From contig OZ249436.1 in the NCBI GenBank assembly GCA_965235115.1, positions 49,540,001 to 49,604,000 of the forward strand: DNA of 64,000 bases, read 5' to 3'. Source of the DNA: Laetmonice hystrix (taxonomy: Eukaryota). Under the pieces are notes generated by a model. That model was given only the letters and a program-made list of their open reading frames with translations, was not told the origin of the DNA and searched no databases. Shown here piece after piece: positions 49,101 through 58,500 of this stretch. How positions within the stretch are numbered: position 1 is the first letter of the stretch; each line of letters begins with the position of its first letter. A program made the position numbers and the translations under genes.

Positions 49101-50843
49101 TGTTCTTTGGCTACAACTGGGCTTGTTTCAGGCAGGGGAGTAGGAAAACTGTCATTCAGCACACTATTGTCATGGTCATCACTTTCTAACCTTAGCACAT
49201 TTCCTCTTTTATTCTGTGTTTTTGACACATGCTTTGTTGATGGAGTTGAAAAGTTGAGGCTCTTTTTTGTCTTTGTGCTGAAGGGACTAAAATCTGCTCC
49301 AACTTCTGTAAATGACAAAATATTCATTCTGGTAACAAATAAAACTCTATTTAAAAAAAAATCATATTTTACCCTAACAAGCATTTTTTTTAATTACCAC
49401 CAACCAGTAGCAGACAAGGTGAACAATATATTGACAGAAAGGCATCAGGTGAAAACGTCCCCAACCAAAGACGTCCCTAAGTGAAAACGTCCCCAAGGTG
49501 AAACGTCCCCATTGGCATGATTAGGCCTATGTATTGTTCCTATATATCATAGACGTTATAATTTGTGAATTGTTTGTTACATGCTAGTGTGATACCTTGT
49601 TACAGGCCTTATAAAGTTATATTAGATTGAGAGAATGCTCAACATCATGTCCACCCCTCGCAAAATCCGCCCGGTCGTGTCCGCCCCACCCTGCCGCCCG
49701 TGTTCCCGGTGTCGCGGTCTGTTTTCTCCGCCGGTCTGTAATCTCCGGGTGCATGGTTTCCTATTGTTTAGAGGCCAAACTTAACCAAGTGAGCACGCGC
49801 GTGTCGCAGTTTGAGCTCACACCTCCGGTCGTCTGCTAGCTGATAGGCGGGAGAGTTTTCTTCCAAACAGTAATAAACGACAGCCTGGATAGGCAAATTG
49901 CGGACCAAAACTGACGGAGGAGAAAAGGGTTATTACTTGAGACTTCATCCTGGCCTGATATCTCGGATAGTTTACCGAGAACGATAGAAATATACGCGAC
50001 TCTGCAGCCAACCTCCCGGAGATTTCAGACCGCGGAGAAAACAGACCGCGACACCGGCATATCTAAGCCCTCCTCTCCCTTCCCTACCTCCTCGCGGAAC
50101 ACATTTCATGACAACGGCCTTCGAAAGTACAAAGTACGGCCCAAAGTAAAATCATTCTTTTCCAACCAGTGGATCAGCGGGAGCATGCCGAGGGGCGGAC
50201 ATATGACCGGTGGTGGTTGGGGACGTTTTCACTTAGGGACGTCCTTGCATGGGGACGTTTTCACTGGCATTCTTTGGATCAGTATATCAGGTCGCAGGTC
50301 AGTTGGCCACATGACCAGCTCAGACCCTTTCGACTCACAACCAGTACAACTTAATTGTTGCCTAATTATACTAGTATACTATTATTAGTCTATGTATACT
50401 ATGTCTATGTACTCGACTAGTAAATAATAGAATAGATCTAACGTTATATAGTGTCACACAGCTAGTGCAGACCCCTGACGGGTCGGCGGGTCGGACCCGC
50501 AAACAGGCACGAAAACCCGCTGACAACCCGCTGTCAGAGAGAGATATCTGAATCTGATAAAACCATCAGTGACAGCTCTTCTTTCTTCTTTACTTATCCC
50601 ATTCATTCATAAACGACATTACTAATCATTAGCCTACCTTCTTCGAGTTCCAAAAGTGCATCCAGATCATCCCCATATTCCTGCTCGAAGTCGTCTACCT
50701 CCATTTTCCGCTGTAAATATGCACTCGGCACTCTTACGGCCTACCGCACTTCTTTCCTTGTGACTGAGTGGAATTCTCCAAAGTTTTTTTCAGTTTAGTC
50801 GATCTCAACAAGACTGTTTTCTTACTTCACTGGACGGCGCCAT
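1029..50843 (-). CDS. CHTF18: Chromosome transmission fidelity protein 18 homolog (Ctf18-RFC large subunit), spliced gene span, 24 exons recovered, terminal exon likely outside window
   Basis: Manual splicing gives one continuous frame of 2848 nt with consistent phases. Motifs: [18 protein letters not shown], Walker [22 protein letters not shown], Walker [78 protein letters not shown]. All are characteristic of CHTF18 as I recall the family. Confidence 0.96.
1487..2420. repeat. Minisatellite, 25-bp unit (taccgactggcatgctagtcaacca), about 37 copies
   Basis: Direct periodicity of 25 (e.g. 1501/1526/1551). Confidence 0.97.
2641..3229. repeat. Minisatellite, 48/51-bp unit (cccaatcaatagcgcccagtaaccaaacacccagtatgaagacgtgta), about 12 copies
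   Basis: Direct repeats; explains ORFs 2572-3286. Confidence 0.95.
3248..4307. mobile_element. Non-autonomous TIR DNA transposon (MITE-like, about 1.06 kb), TIR GTATGGTTGGCCG..GAGTCATACCGCCTAA, apparent TAAG duplication
   Basis: Imperfect inverted termini of more than 40 bp; TAAG at 3244-3247 and 4308-4311; mirrored subterminal ACGCGT and CCAAT motifs. Confidence 0.88.
6072..6103 (+). promoter_or_regulatory. Tandem pair of CTCF-like motifs
   Basis: ccgccagggggcgt and tcgccagggggcgcta, with starts about 16 bp apart. Confidence 0.45.
6992..8470. repeat. Compound minisatellite: 63-bp core with optional 31-bp insert (63/94-bp units)
   Basis: ccggcctcacatcctgcagtgacaactcgctcaccatgaggacgtcccaaaccgtgccaacca repeated, with or without tcaggtcatgtgtggcgttccgagtctctca. 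Confidence 0.96.
10581..11751. repeat. Minisatellite, about 67-bp unit, about 17 copies
   Basis: agacatgtgtctgagagctgatgtcagatactaacatcagcaagatgatggagacagacaagtccga repeated. Confidence 0.96.
14733..15149. repeat. Minisatellite, 72-bp unit, about 6 copies
   Basis: actggaactgtgaagaaatcactgtccagtgatc... at period 72. Confidence 0.95.
16170..16185 (-). promoter_or_regulatory. CTCF-like motif CCAGCAGAGGGCGCTG
   Basis: Close match to the CTCF core consensus CCASYAGRKGGCRS. Confidence 0.5.
17282..17594. repeat. Minisatellite, 33-bp unit, about 10 copies
   Basis: gcccatttccatatactacttgcctagactctc repeated. Confidence 0.95.
18328..20825. repeat. Minisatellite, 21-bp unit (atacctgatatgtttgtgttt), about 120 copies
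   Basis: Direct periodicity; explains the FIPDMFV-type ORFs. Confidence 0.98.
22211..22401. mobile_element. Short MITE, CAG(G/T)GGCGGAT termini, 5-bp TSD TGAAG
   Basis: tgaag|caggggcggatctagg ... cttaaatccgccactg|tgaag. Related GGCGGAT/poly-G fragments occur near 53630, 55140 and 60840. Confidence 0.75.
23326..24609. repeat. Minisatellite, 40-bp unit, about 32 copies
   Basis: tctatggttacaaaggttccgtgtaatcagcccggatcat repeated. Confidence 0.97.
24772..26291. repeat. Minisatellite, 41-bp unit, about 37 copies
   Basis: ttacagaaactaccagcgccctgcctctaataatacccagg repeated. Confidence 0.97.
27556..27652. repeat. (GAGT)n microsatellite
   Basis: Direct tetranucleotide run. Confidence 0.95.
28903..29309. 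repeat. ACC-rich variable minisatellite (ccacaggcgccaccaataccacca)
   Basis: Units of 21-33 bp; long open frames on both strands. Confidence 0.92.
29703..30020. repeat. Degenerate GC-rich tandem repeat (ccgggaccggcggggtgcagtgggagaccggcgg)
   Basis: About 5-6 diverged copies of roughly 55-60 bp. Confidence 0.8.
30677..32120. repeat. Minisatellite, 50-bp unit, about 29 copies
   Basis: catcatgtacttagtatacgccacagttcagactgttgtatcgattaaaa repeated. Confidence 0.98.
32299..32591. mobile_element. Palindromic MITE/foldback element with GGGCC termini
   Basis: gggcctggtttttttgtttacttttccgtgagcaagggtgagc... is mirrored by ...gctcacccttgctcacggtggaaaagtaaacataaaaaccgggccc; internal tgagc repeats; no clear TSD. 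Confidence 0.8.
33591..33729 (-). CDS. CHTF18: CHTF18 exon 23 (PVAPPNVS...[21 protein letters not shown])
   Basis: ttacag acceptor and AAG|gtacgg donor, phase 2-0; PNY..Q.L.P resembles the CHTF18 segment preceding DFFGR. Confidence 0.8.
34978..35030 (-). CDS. CHTF18: CHTF18 exon 22 ([17 protein letters not shown])
   Basis: IE.EK.RR.E motif; phase 0-2. Confidence 0.9.
35455..35870. repeat. AT-rich about 40-bp tandem repeat in CHTF18 intron 21
   Basis: taaaatacattatattactaaaaacaaaaagttataccag, about 10 copies. Confidence 0.92.
35925..36009 (-). CDS. CHTF18: CHTF18 exon 21 ([28 protein letters not shown])
   Basis: LTY..KQLIARE motif; gtaagt donor. Confidence 0.95.
36274..36435. repeat. 54-bp x3 tandem duplication spanning the CHTF18 exon 20 donor
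   Basis: Period 54 (36274/36328/36382); the unit contains the exon end and gtgagt. Confidence 0.95.
36405..36535 (-). CDS. CHTF18: CHTF18 exon 20 ([44 protein letters not shown])
   Basis: V.TQLYS.REK...M..Y.L.Y.QER..DGQY.Y.LEP motif; gtgagt donor. Confidence 0.95.
36830..36979 (-). CDS. CHTF18: CHTF18 exon 19 (AKSKLNK...[15 protein letters not shown])
   Basis: LL.I..P.LRP motif; phase 0-0. Confidence 0.93.
37316..37486 (-). CDS. CHTF18: CHTF18 exon 18 ([12 protein letters not shown]...[22 protein letters not shown]), GC donor
   Basis: W..F.D and LPVAFH.LFA motifs; donor GAG|gcgagt. Confidence 0.9.
37482..39895. repeat. About 65-74-bp tandem array (about 33 copies) overlapping the CHTF18 exon 18 acceptor
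   Basis: cagtctgtcattagtgtcctagtatcccgggaccaggatctacataaacctgaaacagaccacggaccacggc repeated. Confidence 0.96.
40448..40559 (-). CDS. CHTF18: CHTF18 exon 17 ([37 protein letters not shown])
   Basis: GE.EK..QGLF.NYL motif. Confidence 0.93.
40779..40880 (-). CDS. CHTF18: CHTF18 exon 16 ([33 protein letters not shown])
   Basis: ttgcag acceptor and gtgaga donor, phase 2-2, open frame. Confidence 0.85.
40974..41101 (-). CDS. CHTF18: CHTF18 exon 15 ([11 protein letters not shown]...[24 protein letters not shown])
   Basis: VGQKD..KSLF.VW..IF.LP motif; AG/GT boundaries. Confidence 0.93.
41224..42125. mobile_element. Non-autonomous hAT-like element, TIR CAGGGCTGGAATTTC, 5-bp TSD TAGTA
   Basis: tagta|cagggctggaatttc ... 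gaaattccagccctg|tagta; subterminal gggcaagta/gacgagta repeats. Confidence 0.85.
42342..42440 (-). CDS. CHTF18: CHTF18 exon 14 (ISQREQ...[16 protein letters not shown])
   Basis: RFC box VIII-like D.R...NTLQ motif. Confidence 0.95.
42727..43197. mobile_element. Possible decayed Tc1/mariner-pogo type MITE
   Basis: TA|cagtcagacctcgtttatcggaa left end; only a weak inverted match (ttctgataaatggaagccactg) at the right. Confidence 0.3.
43220..43313 (-). CDS. CHTF18: CHTF18 exon 13 ([31 protein letters not shown])
   Basis: Conserved YVPALRQLR; phase 2-0. Confidence 0.93.
43670..43794 (-). CDS. CHTF18: CHTF18 exon 12 (PAINMLL...[19 protein letters not shown])
   Basis: RPIICICND sensor motif; gtaagt donor. 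Confidence 0.95.
44053..44176 (-). CDS. CHTF18: CHTF18 exon 11 (SDDRS...Walker [15 protein letters not shown])
   Basis: NASDDR completed across the splice; DEID Walker B. Confidence 0.96.
44371..44758. mobile_element. PIF/Harbinger-like MITE, TAA TSD
   Basis: taa|ggccaaaaaaaaaaaaagtttcgtttcttgtcc ... ggacaagaaacgaatctatttttttttggcc|taa. Confidence 0.8.
44772..44869 (-). CDS. CHTF18: CHTF18 exon 10 (Walker [33 protein letters not shown])
   Basis: P-loop motif; AG/GT boundaries. Confidence 0.96.
45098..45298 (-). CDS. CHTF18: CHTF18 exon 9 ([19 protein letters not shown]...DQHNRPMHK)
   Basis: TNR..LKWLK.WD.VVFG motif; phase 0-0. Confidence 0.93.
45541..45664 (-). CDS. CHTF18: CHTF18 exon 8 (..[18 protein letters not shown])
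   Basis: RFC box II-type WV..Y.P motif; gtgagt donor. Confidence 0.93.
45785..45837 (-). CDS. CHTF18: CHTF18 exon 7 ([17 protein letters not shown])
   Basis: ttgcag acceptor and AG|gtataa donor; phase 0-2 bridges exons 6 and 8. Confidence 0.8.
45924..46188. mobile_element. PIF/Harbinger-like MITE, TAA TSD
   Basis: taa|ggccagcctaacaaaattgtttgtt ... aacaaacaattttttaaggctggcc|taa. Confidence 0.82.
46253..46336 (-). CDS. CHTF18: CHTF18 exon 6 ([28 protein letters not shown])
   Basis: LDLLGVSL motif; AG/GT boundaries, phase 0-0. Confidence 0.88.
46518..46645 (-). CDS. CHTF18: CHTF18 exon 5 ([42 protein letters not shown])
   Basis: Conserved VLRR.P...D...VT...G.R.Y motif; AG/GT boundaries, phase 1-0. 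Confidence 0.88.
46699..47425. mobile_element. Non-autonomous hAT-like element, TIR CAGTGTTCTCCACA, 6-bp TSD CATGTC
   Basis: catgtc|cagtgttctccaca ... tgtggagaacactg|catgtc; subterminal ccaaggtcgggcgg repeats. Confidence 0.87.
47619..48685. repeat. 53-bp tandem array (about 20 copies) spanning the CHTF18 exon 4 donor
   Basis: Period 53 (47641/47694); the unit is the exon 3' end plus gtaaggataaccc. Confidence 0.97.
48660..48830 (-). CDS. CHTF18: CHTF18 exon 4 (VHKKKRARL...EITPPPSP...DRVTE)
   Basis: ttccag acceptor, ITPPPSP motif, C|gtaagg donor, phase 1-1. Confidence 0.82.
49009..49305 (-). CDS. CHTF18: CHTF18 exon 3 (EVGADFSPF...EEEDLPSI)
   Basis: tttacag acceptor and G|gtatgt donor, phase 1-1; lies within ORF 48995-49384. 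Confidence 0.8.
49441..50272. mobile_element. Outer TIR element with gtgaaaacgtcccc subterminal repeats, containing a nested MITE
   Basis: gtgaaaacgtcccc..gacgtccctaagtgaaaacgtccccaa at 49449-49496 is mirrored at about 50217-50263. Confidence 0.65.
49706..50057. mobile_element. Nested MITE, about 45-bp TIR CCGGTGTCGCGGTCTGTTTTCTCCGC
   Basis: Near-perfect inverted repeat between 49706-49749 and 50015-50057. Confidence 0.82.
50638..50710 (-). CDS. CHTF18: CHTF18 exon 2 ([24 protein letters not shown]); alternative ATG at 50704
   Basis: Acidic N-terminal motif resembling CHTF18 (DDF..E..L.ELE); donor G|gtaggc, phase 1. Confidence 0.85.
50826..50843 (-). CDS. CHTF18: CHTF18 putative coding exon 1 (MAPSSE)
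   Basis: aaacATGGCG Kozak-like start and GAA|gtaaga donor. The 115-bp intron ends tttacag|CGG AAA ATG, in frame with the next exon. Confidence 0.6.
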
Positions 50844-50866
50844 GTTTGATTATTTCCCGCGAAATT
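50836..50866 (-). promoter_or_regulatory. CHTF18 promoter-proximal motifs: overlapping bidirectional E2F-like site and YY1-like motif
   Basis: tttcccgcgaaa at 50853-50864 (TTTCCCGC on +, TTTCGCGG on -) and aacATGGCG at the start codon. This fits an S-phase replication gene. Confidence 0.5.
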
Positions 50867-51401
50867 TTGGGGCCGCCTATGTACTCAAAAAAAACAATCA
50901 TAGCGAGAACTCCGTGACGCATTTGTAAAACATTTGTAGTTATGGATATAAAAAAGATATAAAAATATATAAAGAAATCTGAAAACCATGTATGGTTCAG
51001 AGTGTCAATATTACTGTTTATCAAGAACTGAAGGGACTCGAATCGAAATTATTGTTTCTATTTTAATCGATAGGCGGCGACACGTAAACAAAGCACACGC
51101 CCTCTGCCGGGAGTCGGGAGTTTGAAAGCAACATTCCCGCTCCCACCAGTGCCAGTGCGCCCAGCTAGGCGCAGAAGGGGGGGGGGGGGGTGAGGAGAGC
51201 AAGGGTGTTAGATTTAAATGTGCCCTTTTTTAACGGATTGGAAGGAAGCCCACGATAGTCCGGGTCCTAGTCAGGCTCTCCGCGGCCTACCGGGGTACTA
51301 TACATGCATGGTCACTGCTTAGAACTCAATGCGGCCTATGAGGTCTATGTAGCTTAGCCTATAGGGCTAGGCCTTACCCAGATTATCAGATTACAGATTA
51401 A

Positions 51402-52534
51402 TGTCCGCAAACATCAGCTAGATGTGTCCGGTACCGGACACATCTAGCTGATATTTGCGGACATATCCGGATTATCCTCTATAGTGCGCCTATATAAAAC
51501 TGACCACCAGATGGCAGCATCCATTACAGATACCACCAATGCCTGCATGCAATGTGGCTTGCACGCTTGCACGCTCGTCCGCTCACGTTCCCTGCTTGGC
51601 CTCCCTAGCGGAAACACTGGAGGGCTTGTTGACGCTTGGTGTCACCTTCGTCTATAGGAAGTTGGCATGAGTCGTTGTTGCCTGGATGTATACAAGTTTC
51701 TTTGATTTTCACTAAACCAAATGTTAAGAATCAAGACAAAATGCATTTTAAAAGTATGGTTAAATGTTTATCTAGCCTATATACAACCTAGCCTATACTT
51801 ACCTACTATACTACATTAAGATTTGTGATTTCGCTGAGTTATATTTTAATATCATGATCAACCCGTGTGCTGTGTCTGTCACACCTGTTCTGTGGTACCC
51901 GACCAACAGGGTGTGTATATAAAGCAATTAGTACCACTGTACAACCGTCTAGGAAAGGCGAGACTCGGTTCTGCACGTTCGGTCGTAGTCTGGAAACAGA
52001 CGCTGTTGAAAACCTGACAGTACGAGGAGGTCGGCTCGGTTGGTGTCCACGAGGGAGAGGTGAGGGTGAAACTCGAAGATCCGCGGACGACTAAAGGCTT
52101 CTAGAACCAGTACCCCGTCAGTGTGCTCAATTTGCGGCAAGGTCTCCGTGTGTCTCCAGACGCCAGATGCGAACGTTAGGACTTGGACCGGCACCCTGAA
52201 GAGTCAGACCAATCCCTGATTTTTTTTAGTTGTTTTTCCCCCCTATTTTTCTTGCTCTCGCCTCCCATTCATCAGGATCTGAGAGGGGACGAATGGGCTG
52301 AAATATTGTGGCCTATCACCAAAACGATGTTAACTTTCCAAATGTTCCAGTTTTTTTCTTCTAGTTTCAGCGATGTATTAAAATGGATATGCCAAGGCTA
52401 AGCGAGACCGGCAGTTTATATATCTAGCTGATATTTGTGAACATATCAATTTCTCCGGACACATCTAGCTCCTGTTTGCGGACATATCTCCTGTCGGACA
52501 TAACTAGCCGTTCGGACATATCTAGCCGGAACAG
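51402..52534. mobile_element. DNA-transposon remnant with ggacayatctagc subterminal repeats
   Basis: The same cggacacatctagctg/cggacatatc motif clusters at 51402-51470 and 52420-52530. Confidence 0.55.
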
Positions 52535-55500
52535 GGGCAGCTCTCTCCCCCAGTAATCATGGCGAAAAGTGTCCTTTTTTACCCCCACCCCAAAGCAAAT
52601 TTAGGTTGTGTACGGCCCTGCCACCGTATGTCACCTTGCTACTTTTGTGTTTAGGGCTGCAGCATAGAAAAGAACCAACAAAAGGTATGTGATTCTTATA
52701 TGCCTATATCATTTTAATTTACTATCGGTGAGTTCCCACACCCCTGATATTGCTACAAGTGTGCTAACATTGCGACATAGGCCTATATAACTACGCAGTC
52801 TCTCCAGCTGGCACGGGGGAGGGGGTAGGAGGTAAGGATTGATCATGTTGGCAGTGTGTCGGCTGGTACGCCCGGTGCAGGTGGACGGAGGTCCTGGAGA
52901 TCCACTCAAGGAGGTGCTGGGCGTCGGTAGATTAAGAAGCAGCGTCTGTATACTATTAGTATGTTAGTCACTTCAGTGACAGCTGCTCTGTCCAGGCCAC
53001 TTTACCAAGTTAAAACACTTTACGGTCCGGGTTCCTGCACTGTCTGACCCTCGCAGATCTATAGACACTGAAGTCATTGAGACTACAAACTGTAAGACAC
53101 CGTCTGAGTGGTTTTAGCCAGGGCCTCACGTAGGTGTAGCAATTTACACCAGGGGGCGCCAGCGAAATCCCAGCCGACACGTCAAGCCGGTATAATTTAC
53201 AACATTGCGGGGGTGGGAAGCAGTCAGCCGTTTACTCAGTAGGCCTAGTACTGCGAGGTGTTGGCAGAACTTGACCGGCTTTTCTCCAAAGTTTATAGCA
53301 TCGTACCTGGCGCGGCGTGACATCATCACTGCTTGGAGTAAGGCTACATGTACTCATGTCGTCGGAACCGGAACTCGTCAAAAGAAGGCCGAGCTCCGAG
53401 CAGGAAAATCTGGAAGTAGACCTCTATTCCTACGTCACCACACGACTTTACTCGCCATTGTGATTTCATTTCGTAAAGTTATAAATTTTAGAGGAGTAAG
53501 TTGATAATACTCATTGTGATAAATAAATAAACTAGTTTTGATCATTAAATAGATCCATACATGTGTTGATGAAATTTGATATTGTAGACCTAATTAGCCT
53601 AAAAAGGTATAACCTATCCCATTCCCACAACAGGGCCGAATCCAGGGGGAAAGGGGTCCGGGGTCCTCCCCTAAATCATAAATAAGAAAGTTTTCTTTTT
53701 GTTTTAATAATCATTTTCTTTTAAATATATCGTTTATCTTTAAATAATTCAGATAAGCTTTAACAACATTATAAGGAGCGTTTTTTGCGGTCTGCTCTCT
53801 AAAGTCTTAGTTCAGTCAACATAAAAACATGGGAATAGAGCTTGATCGGAGTGTGGGTTCCCTTGGCTTTATGAGGCTTACAAATTGTCGTTCTTATCCT
53901 TCCAGAGAAGTTGGTGCGGTGACGTGACTTCTTTCTCACTGCAACCAAACAATGGCCGAATTATGTTGGGTACATGAAGAACTCTTGAAGACAATAACTA
54001 TTTTTAATGATGTTCAAGTTTTTTTTATTAAAGAACGTGAAACTCCGCAGCTAAGCACTCAAGCACACGTCAAAGAACTGTTGCCTTAATTACATCTCAG
54101 TGCTCCAGTACTCCGGGAGTACATGGCGGACGTGCGAATTGTCACGTGCACCCCAACCTCCTCAGGGTTGGCTGAGTTTTAGTACCCCAGCCTCTGAATC
54201 CGGCCAGTAACCATCGGAACATTCGCACGAAACTTGGGGTATAGGGGGTTAGGGGCAGGGAAAGGGACAGGGGTGAGTTTCTCTGGGACGTCTGGGGGCC
54301 GGGAATAGGGATTAGGACTATAGGTTGGAAGATAGGGATAGGATATACAGGCCCGTAGGCTCGGGGGGTTACTTGGGTTACTCGTAACCTACCCGCAGAG
54401 GCAGCCAAGGTCCGCCTATTCAAGGTAAAAAGGTCTGCCCATGCAGGGGCGCGGGACCGATTTTTCAGTTGGGGGAGGGGGCACAAATATGCCCCGCCAA
54501 TTGAAAAAAACACAGATGTATGGTTGTTAGGCCTCCAATTTTTCATTTTTTTTCTGGGGGAACATGTCCCGGACCCCAGATTCAGACCCCCCTAAAGAGA
54601 TTCCTTGTATACTGTGCCAAAATGCCCCCAGAATGCATCATTTCACTCCTAGTTTAAAAAAAATTCCTGCCGGGGGAGCATACCCCCGTACCACCTAGTA
54701 CAAACGCTTCGTCCCTAGATCTATGGTGCTCCCTACAGTGGCTTTGCTGGTACATTTCACATTCTTAAACGTTGGAACCACTGGTAGGCCTATTGGAAAC
54801 CAGTTTCAATATCAGTGCATGGTCAAGAAACAGCTCTGGATCCACCCCATGCAAATTTATGGAACTCATTTAACTATAGGCCTAGGCAGTGCACCCCCCT
54901 ATCGCCCCATGTGCCCTTTTCTCTCCCCCTCAAGTGCCCTTTTTTATTTTACGAAAGATATTTAAAATCTAAATGTCCAATTGTCTAGGCCCATTATAGC
55001 CCTAAAGGCTGGTCTATATCGCGTATTTGGCACTGTAATTTAATTTTTTTTCTGGGGGAGGGCCCCCAGACCCCCTCCCTTTATGCCTTCGCGCCTTCGG
55101 CGCTCGCACCCATGGGGGACATCCCCTTTACCAAATTCCTGGATTCGCCCCTGACTGCCCCCACACTCAACTACGGCCCTGTTGATATGTGCATATAGGT
55201 CTATAGGCATATGCCACTTTTATTTGACTGTTTAGGCTATACTCACTGGGGGGGGGGGGGGGTGAGAAAGTGCCCTTTATCCATAGCACCACCACCACCC
55301 CCCACCCCCCACCCCCACCCCCCGTTTTGAAAATGCTGGGTCCGCCCCTGATAAGTAACCCACCCATTTTCAGACCAGCCTACGGGCCTGATATAGACCT
55401 TTATCGTTTTAGACCACTACATTTCGTGAGATGGCAGGCCTACTATATGGGATCTACCCGGAATCCTTCCACGTCAGTGGACTACTCACTGACTACCAAG

Positions 55501-58500
55501 AGCTCCTTGATGACAAAGTCGTCATCAATGCCAGTTCCTGGAAGCAAGTGGACAAGTCTGGTTCAAATTCTGGAGCGACTGGTGAACCCTATAGGGGTTA
55601 AAATCTTGGGTCTCCTAAGAAAAGGCGTTGTTTTACGGGCGGAGGAGTGGTGCGATGATACAAAGTGTTCTTGGTTAGAAAATGGTCCGATCCATTGGTA
55701 CAGCCATAATAGGCCTCCAACTGACGCAGAAACTTTATATCTTCATCCTTCATTCATAGTAAGTGGTTATCTTGAAGTGGTGTCTAAAATTGAGTCATGG
55801 AATAGGTGCATGGCCTTGATTGACCTATTAGGCCTATTCATTACCTTGTTTGACCTTTATAGGTCACACAAGGTCATGGAAAATGACACCAGACGAAAGT
55901 TCACATAATGACTTCTTATTTTTCAAATATAATAATTATGCTAATAATCCACTGTTTTGGACCTAAATACAGGCAACTGAAACAATGGCCATCAGGCGGC
56001 CATTCTAAACGTTGTGGCGATACCACAATGAATCCCATCTCCCGGGTGTCCCGTCCGACGTGTTCTGCGTAGGGGTAGGCTGTTGCTCTATTTTTGACCA
56101 TTTACGACTTATAAGCATTAGCAGAAGCCAATGACGTTATTATGACTTCATACGTCTTGAAAGCGCATATAAGATTTATTCAGGTTCGATAGTAACCATG
56201 GTTCAATCTTGCCCCGTTTACAAGTCATAATCCTTGGAAGACTCAAATGACGTCATTGTGACTTCACGTCACGCTACGTCATGAATTTTGGACATGACTT
56301 CCTGGCCGTGTTTAATAATCACTCTGGCCCTATCTGGCACCGTTTATGACATAAGCATATAGGAAGATGCCAGTGAAGTCATTATGACGTATGCCATCAT
56401 GCTAGTAACGTCATAAATCTTGGTGCCAATCGAAAGAACATAATGACTGCCTATGATGCTCAATAGTAACCATACCTTATCCCTGATGGCAAGTTCTCCG
56501 TTCTCCCAAAGGTCAATGGTCAAATGAAGGGTCAGATTCAGGCTGAATCAAAAGAAATGCTGCCAAATGAAACCTTCCATATCACTTTCTATTTTTTTTT
56601 TATATTTTGAATAATGAGGAAAATACCGCTCAACTCCAGTTAGGCCTACTACTAGGCATGTAAACCCAGGTGGCCTACTTATTGTGACCTAATGGTGCTC
56701 ATTAACAAACTCCTCCCAGCTCTTCACAAAATCAATCAATATACCAATTTTTCTAATTCAATCCAATCCAATCCATCCATTTTTTTGTTGAGTTAGGCCT
56801 AGGATGGAAACCAAGGTGTCGCCGAATTCCAAGTTGACCTAGATCTAGGGCCTACATACCATAATTATGGTGACCTACATCGGCTGAAATTTGCCCATAG
56901 GAGCATGTTCAGCAAGTGATTCCCAAAAAATTGTTCCCTTTAAGGTAACGTCACAAATGACGTTATAACGTCATGACATGACGTCACATAGCGTTATTCC
57001 TCCCCGTCCGATCTGTTTGACCTGCATCATCCATCATTGTGCATCATCCAGTGATGTCGAAAGCAAAACAGAAGGAGGGGGTAGGGGGCAAATTGTTCTA
57101 ACACACTCGAGTTGCAGGCCCCGTACGTAGGCGTAGCCAGACCATTTTGTGTGTGTGTGGGGAGGGGGGGGGGGTGACCGCTCGGAGAATGTGGACCTCT
57201 ACGTGGCCACTTAGAGAAACAGAGAAAAGTTATTTGAAATCATAGGTCCCAAGTTCCAAGATTTGAAATGCTGGTCATGGGAGCGCCGAATTAAAGTGCC
57301 AAGTGCGTCTGGGAACACGTACAGTATTATTATCCGATTGTGTCACTCAACTCAGCTGTAGTCTATATTGTGTTGAACAATACAGCCCTGAAAAGTGGGG
57401 GGGGGGGGCATGGCCCCCCGCCCCCTGTTCCGACATCACTGTCATTGTGTAATGTTTCATACAAGATTATGTCGTTATCTGCAGCCGTTTTGACGTCTTG
57501 TCTGGCGTATGCCAACAGAGGGCGCGATGGTCAAGGTGGAGTGGCCCGTAAAATACGAGTGGCGATTGAATCGGAGTCGTATAGGCCTATTATAACGGGT
57601 GACAGGTGACATATCATAATCATTTTAATAGCATGGACGCGTATTTGGGGGATGTCGGATGTCGGGTGGCATATTTGAAAATCGTAAATACATGTAGGCC
57701 TAGGTCTACAAGTAGGCCTATACATGTATATAGAAAGCCATGCAGCTTCAATCTATTTTCACCCCAAACGTGCGCCTTTTATAAAATGAATGTCCACTGC
57801 TTCAAAAAGGCCCCCCCCCCCCCCGCCCAACGACTCACCCGTCGGAAGTCCTGAATACGGGCCTGTCAGTGCACATGTAAAGCGACCAAAACATGATGCC
57901 AATAACGTAGAATAGTGTGACGTCATCTGAAGTAAAATGTATCTTAGCAAGCGCGTGTGGTGAACGCCAAAAAGTGCGCAGCGAAGAGTATTCATGACGT
58001 CATCTGAATCACATATAGGGAGACGTCGTCACTTGTGAAGATTATACAAGGTGTTAGGTCAAACCTTCATCGTCACTTGTGAAGATTATACAAGGTGTTA
58101 GGTCAAACATTTTCTATGTTTTTAGAATAAAGGTCATTAAGAGATGACATTTTTCTTCATATGCCTGAAGTTCTACGTCCTTGCCGCTAGTCAACACGAG
58201 TTGGCTTACGTCCTTGCCACTAGTCAACACGAGTTGGCTTACAGTAGGCCTATAGGCTTAGACCTATACTCGATAGGGACACAGCAGAGACACAGAGAGA
58301 CAGAGAGACAGAGAGAGGGGGGAAGTCCAAGCACGCCTGCACATACACACTGGTCAGAGGAGTGTAGGCTCCACGACCTGAGTAGACTTGCACACGTGTC
58401 TGGAGGGTCTGCTATAGATCTACGTCCAAGCCATTGCATCGAGCTGTCTCACCAGTAGGCCTATAGGCCTACTAGAGAACGCGCATCATGCCTAGGCTTA

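Noticed and set aside
48990..49484. 164-aa + strand ORF
   Set aside because: Antisense shadow of CHTF18 exon 3.
52849..52872. miR-34-like sequence tggcagtgtgtcggctgg
   Set aside because: Only the 5' part matches and there is no complementary arm to form a pre-miRNA hairpin.
55270..55908. 212-aa ORF
   Set aside because: Starts in a poly-C tract at GTG, has no recognisable domain, and lies in probable dispersed-repeat DNA rich in tgacct/tgacgtca motifs.
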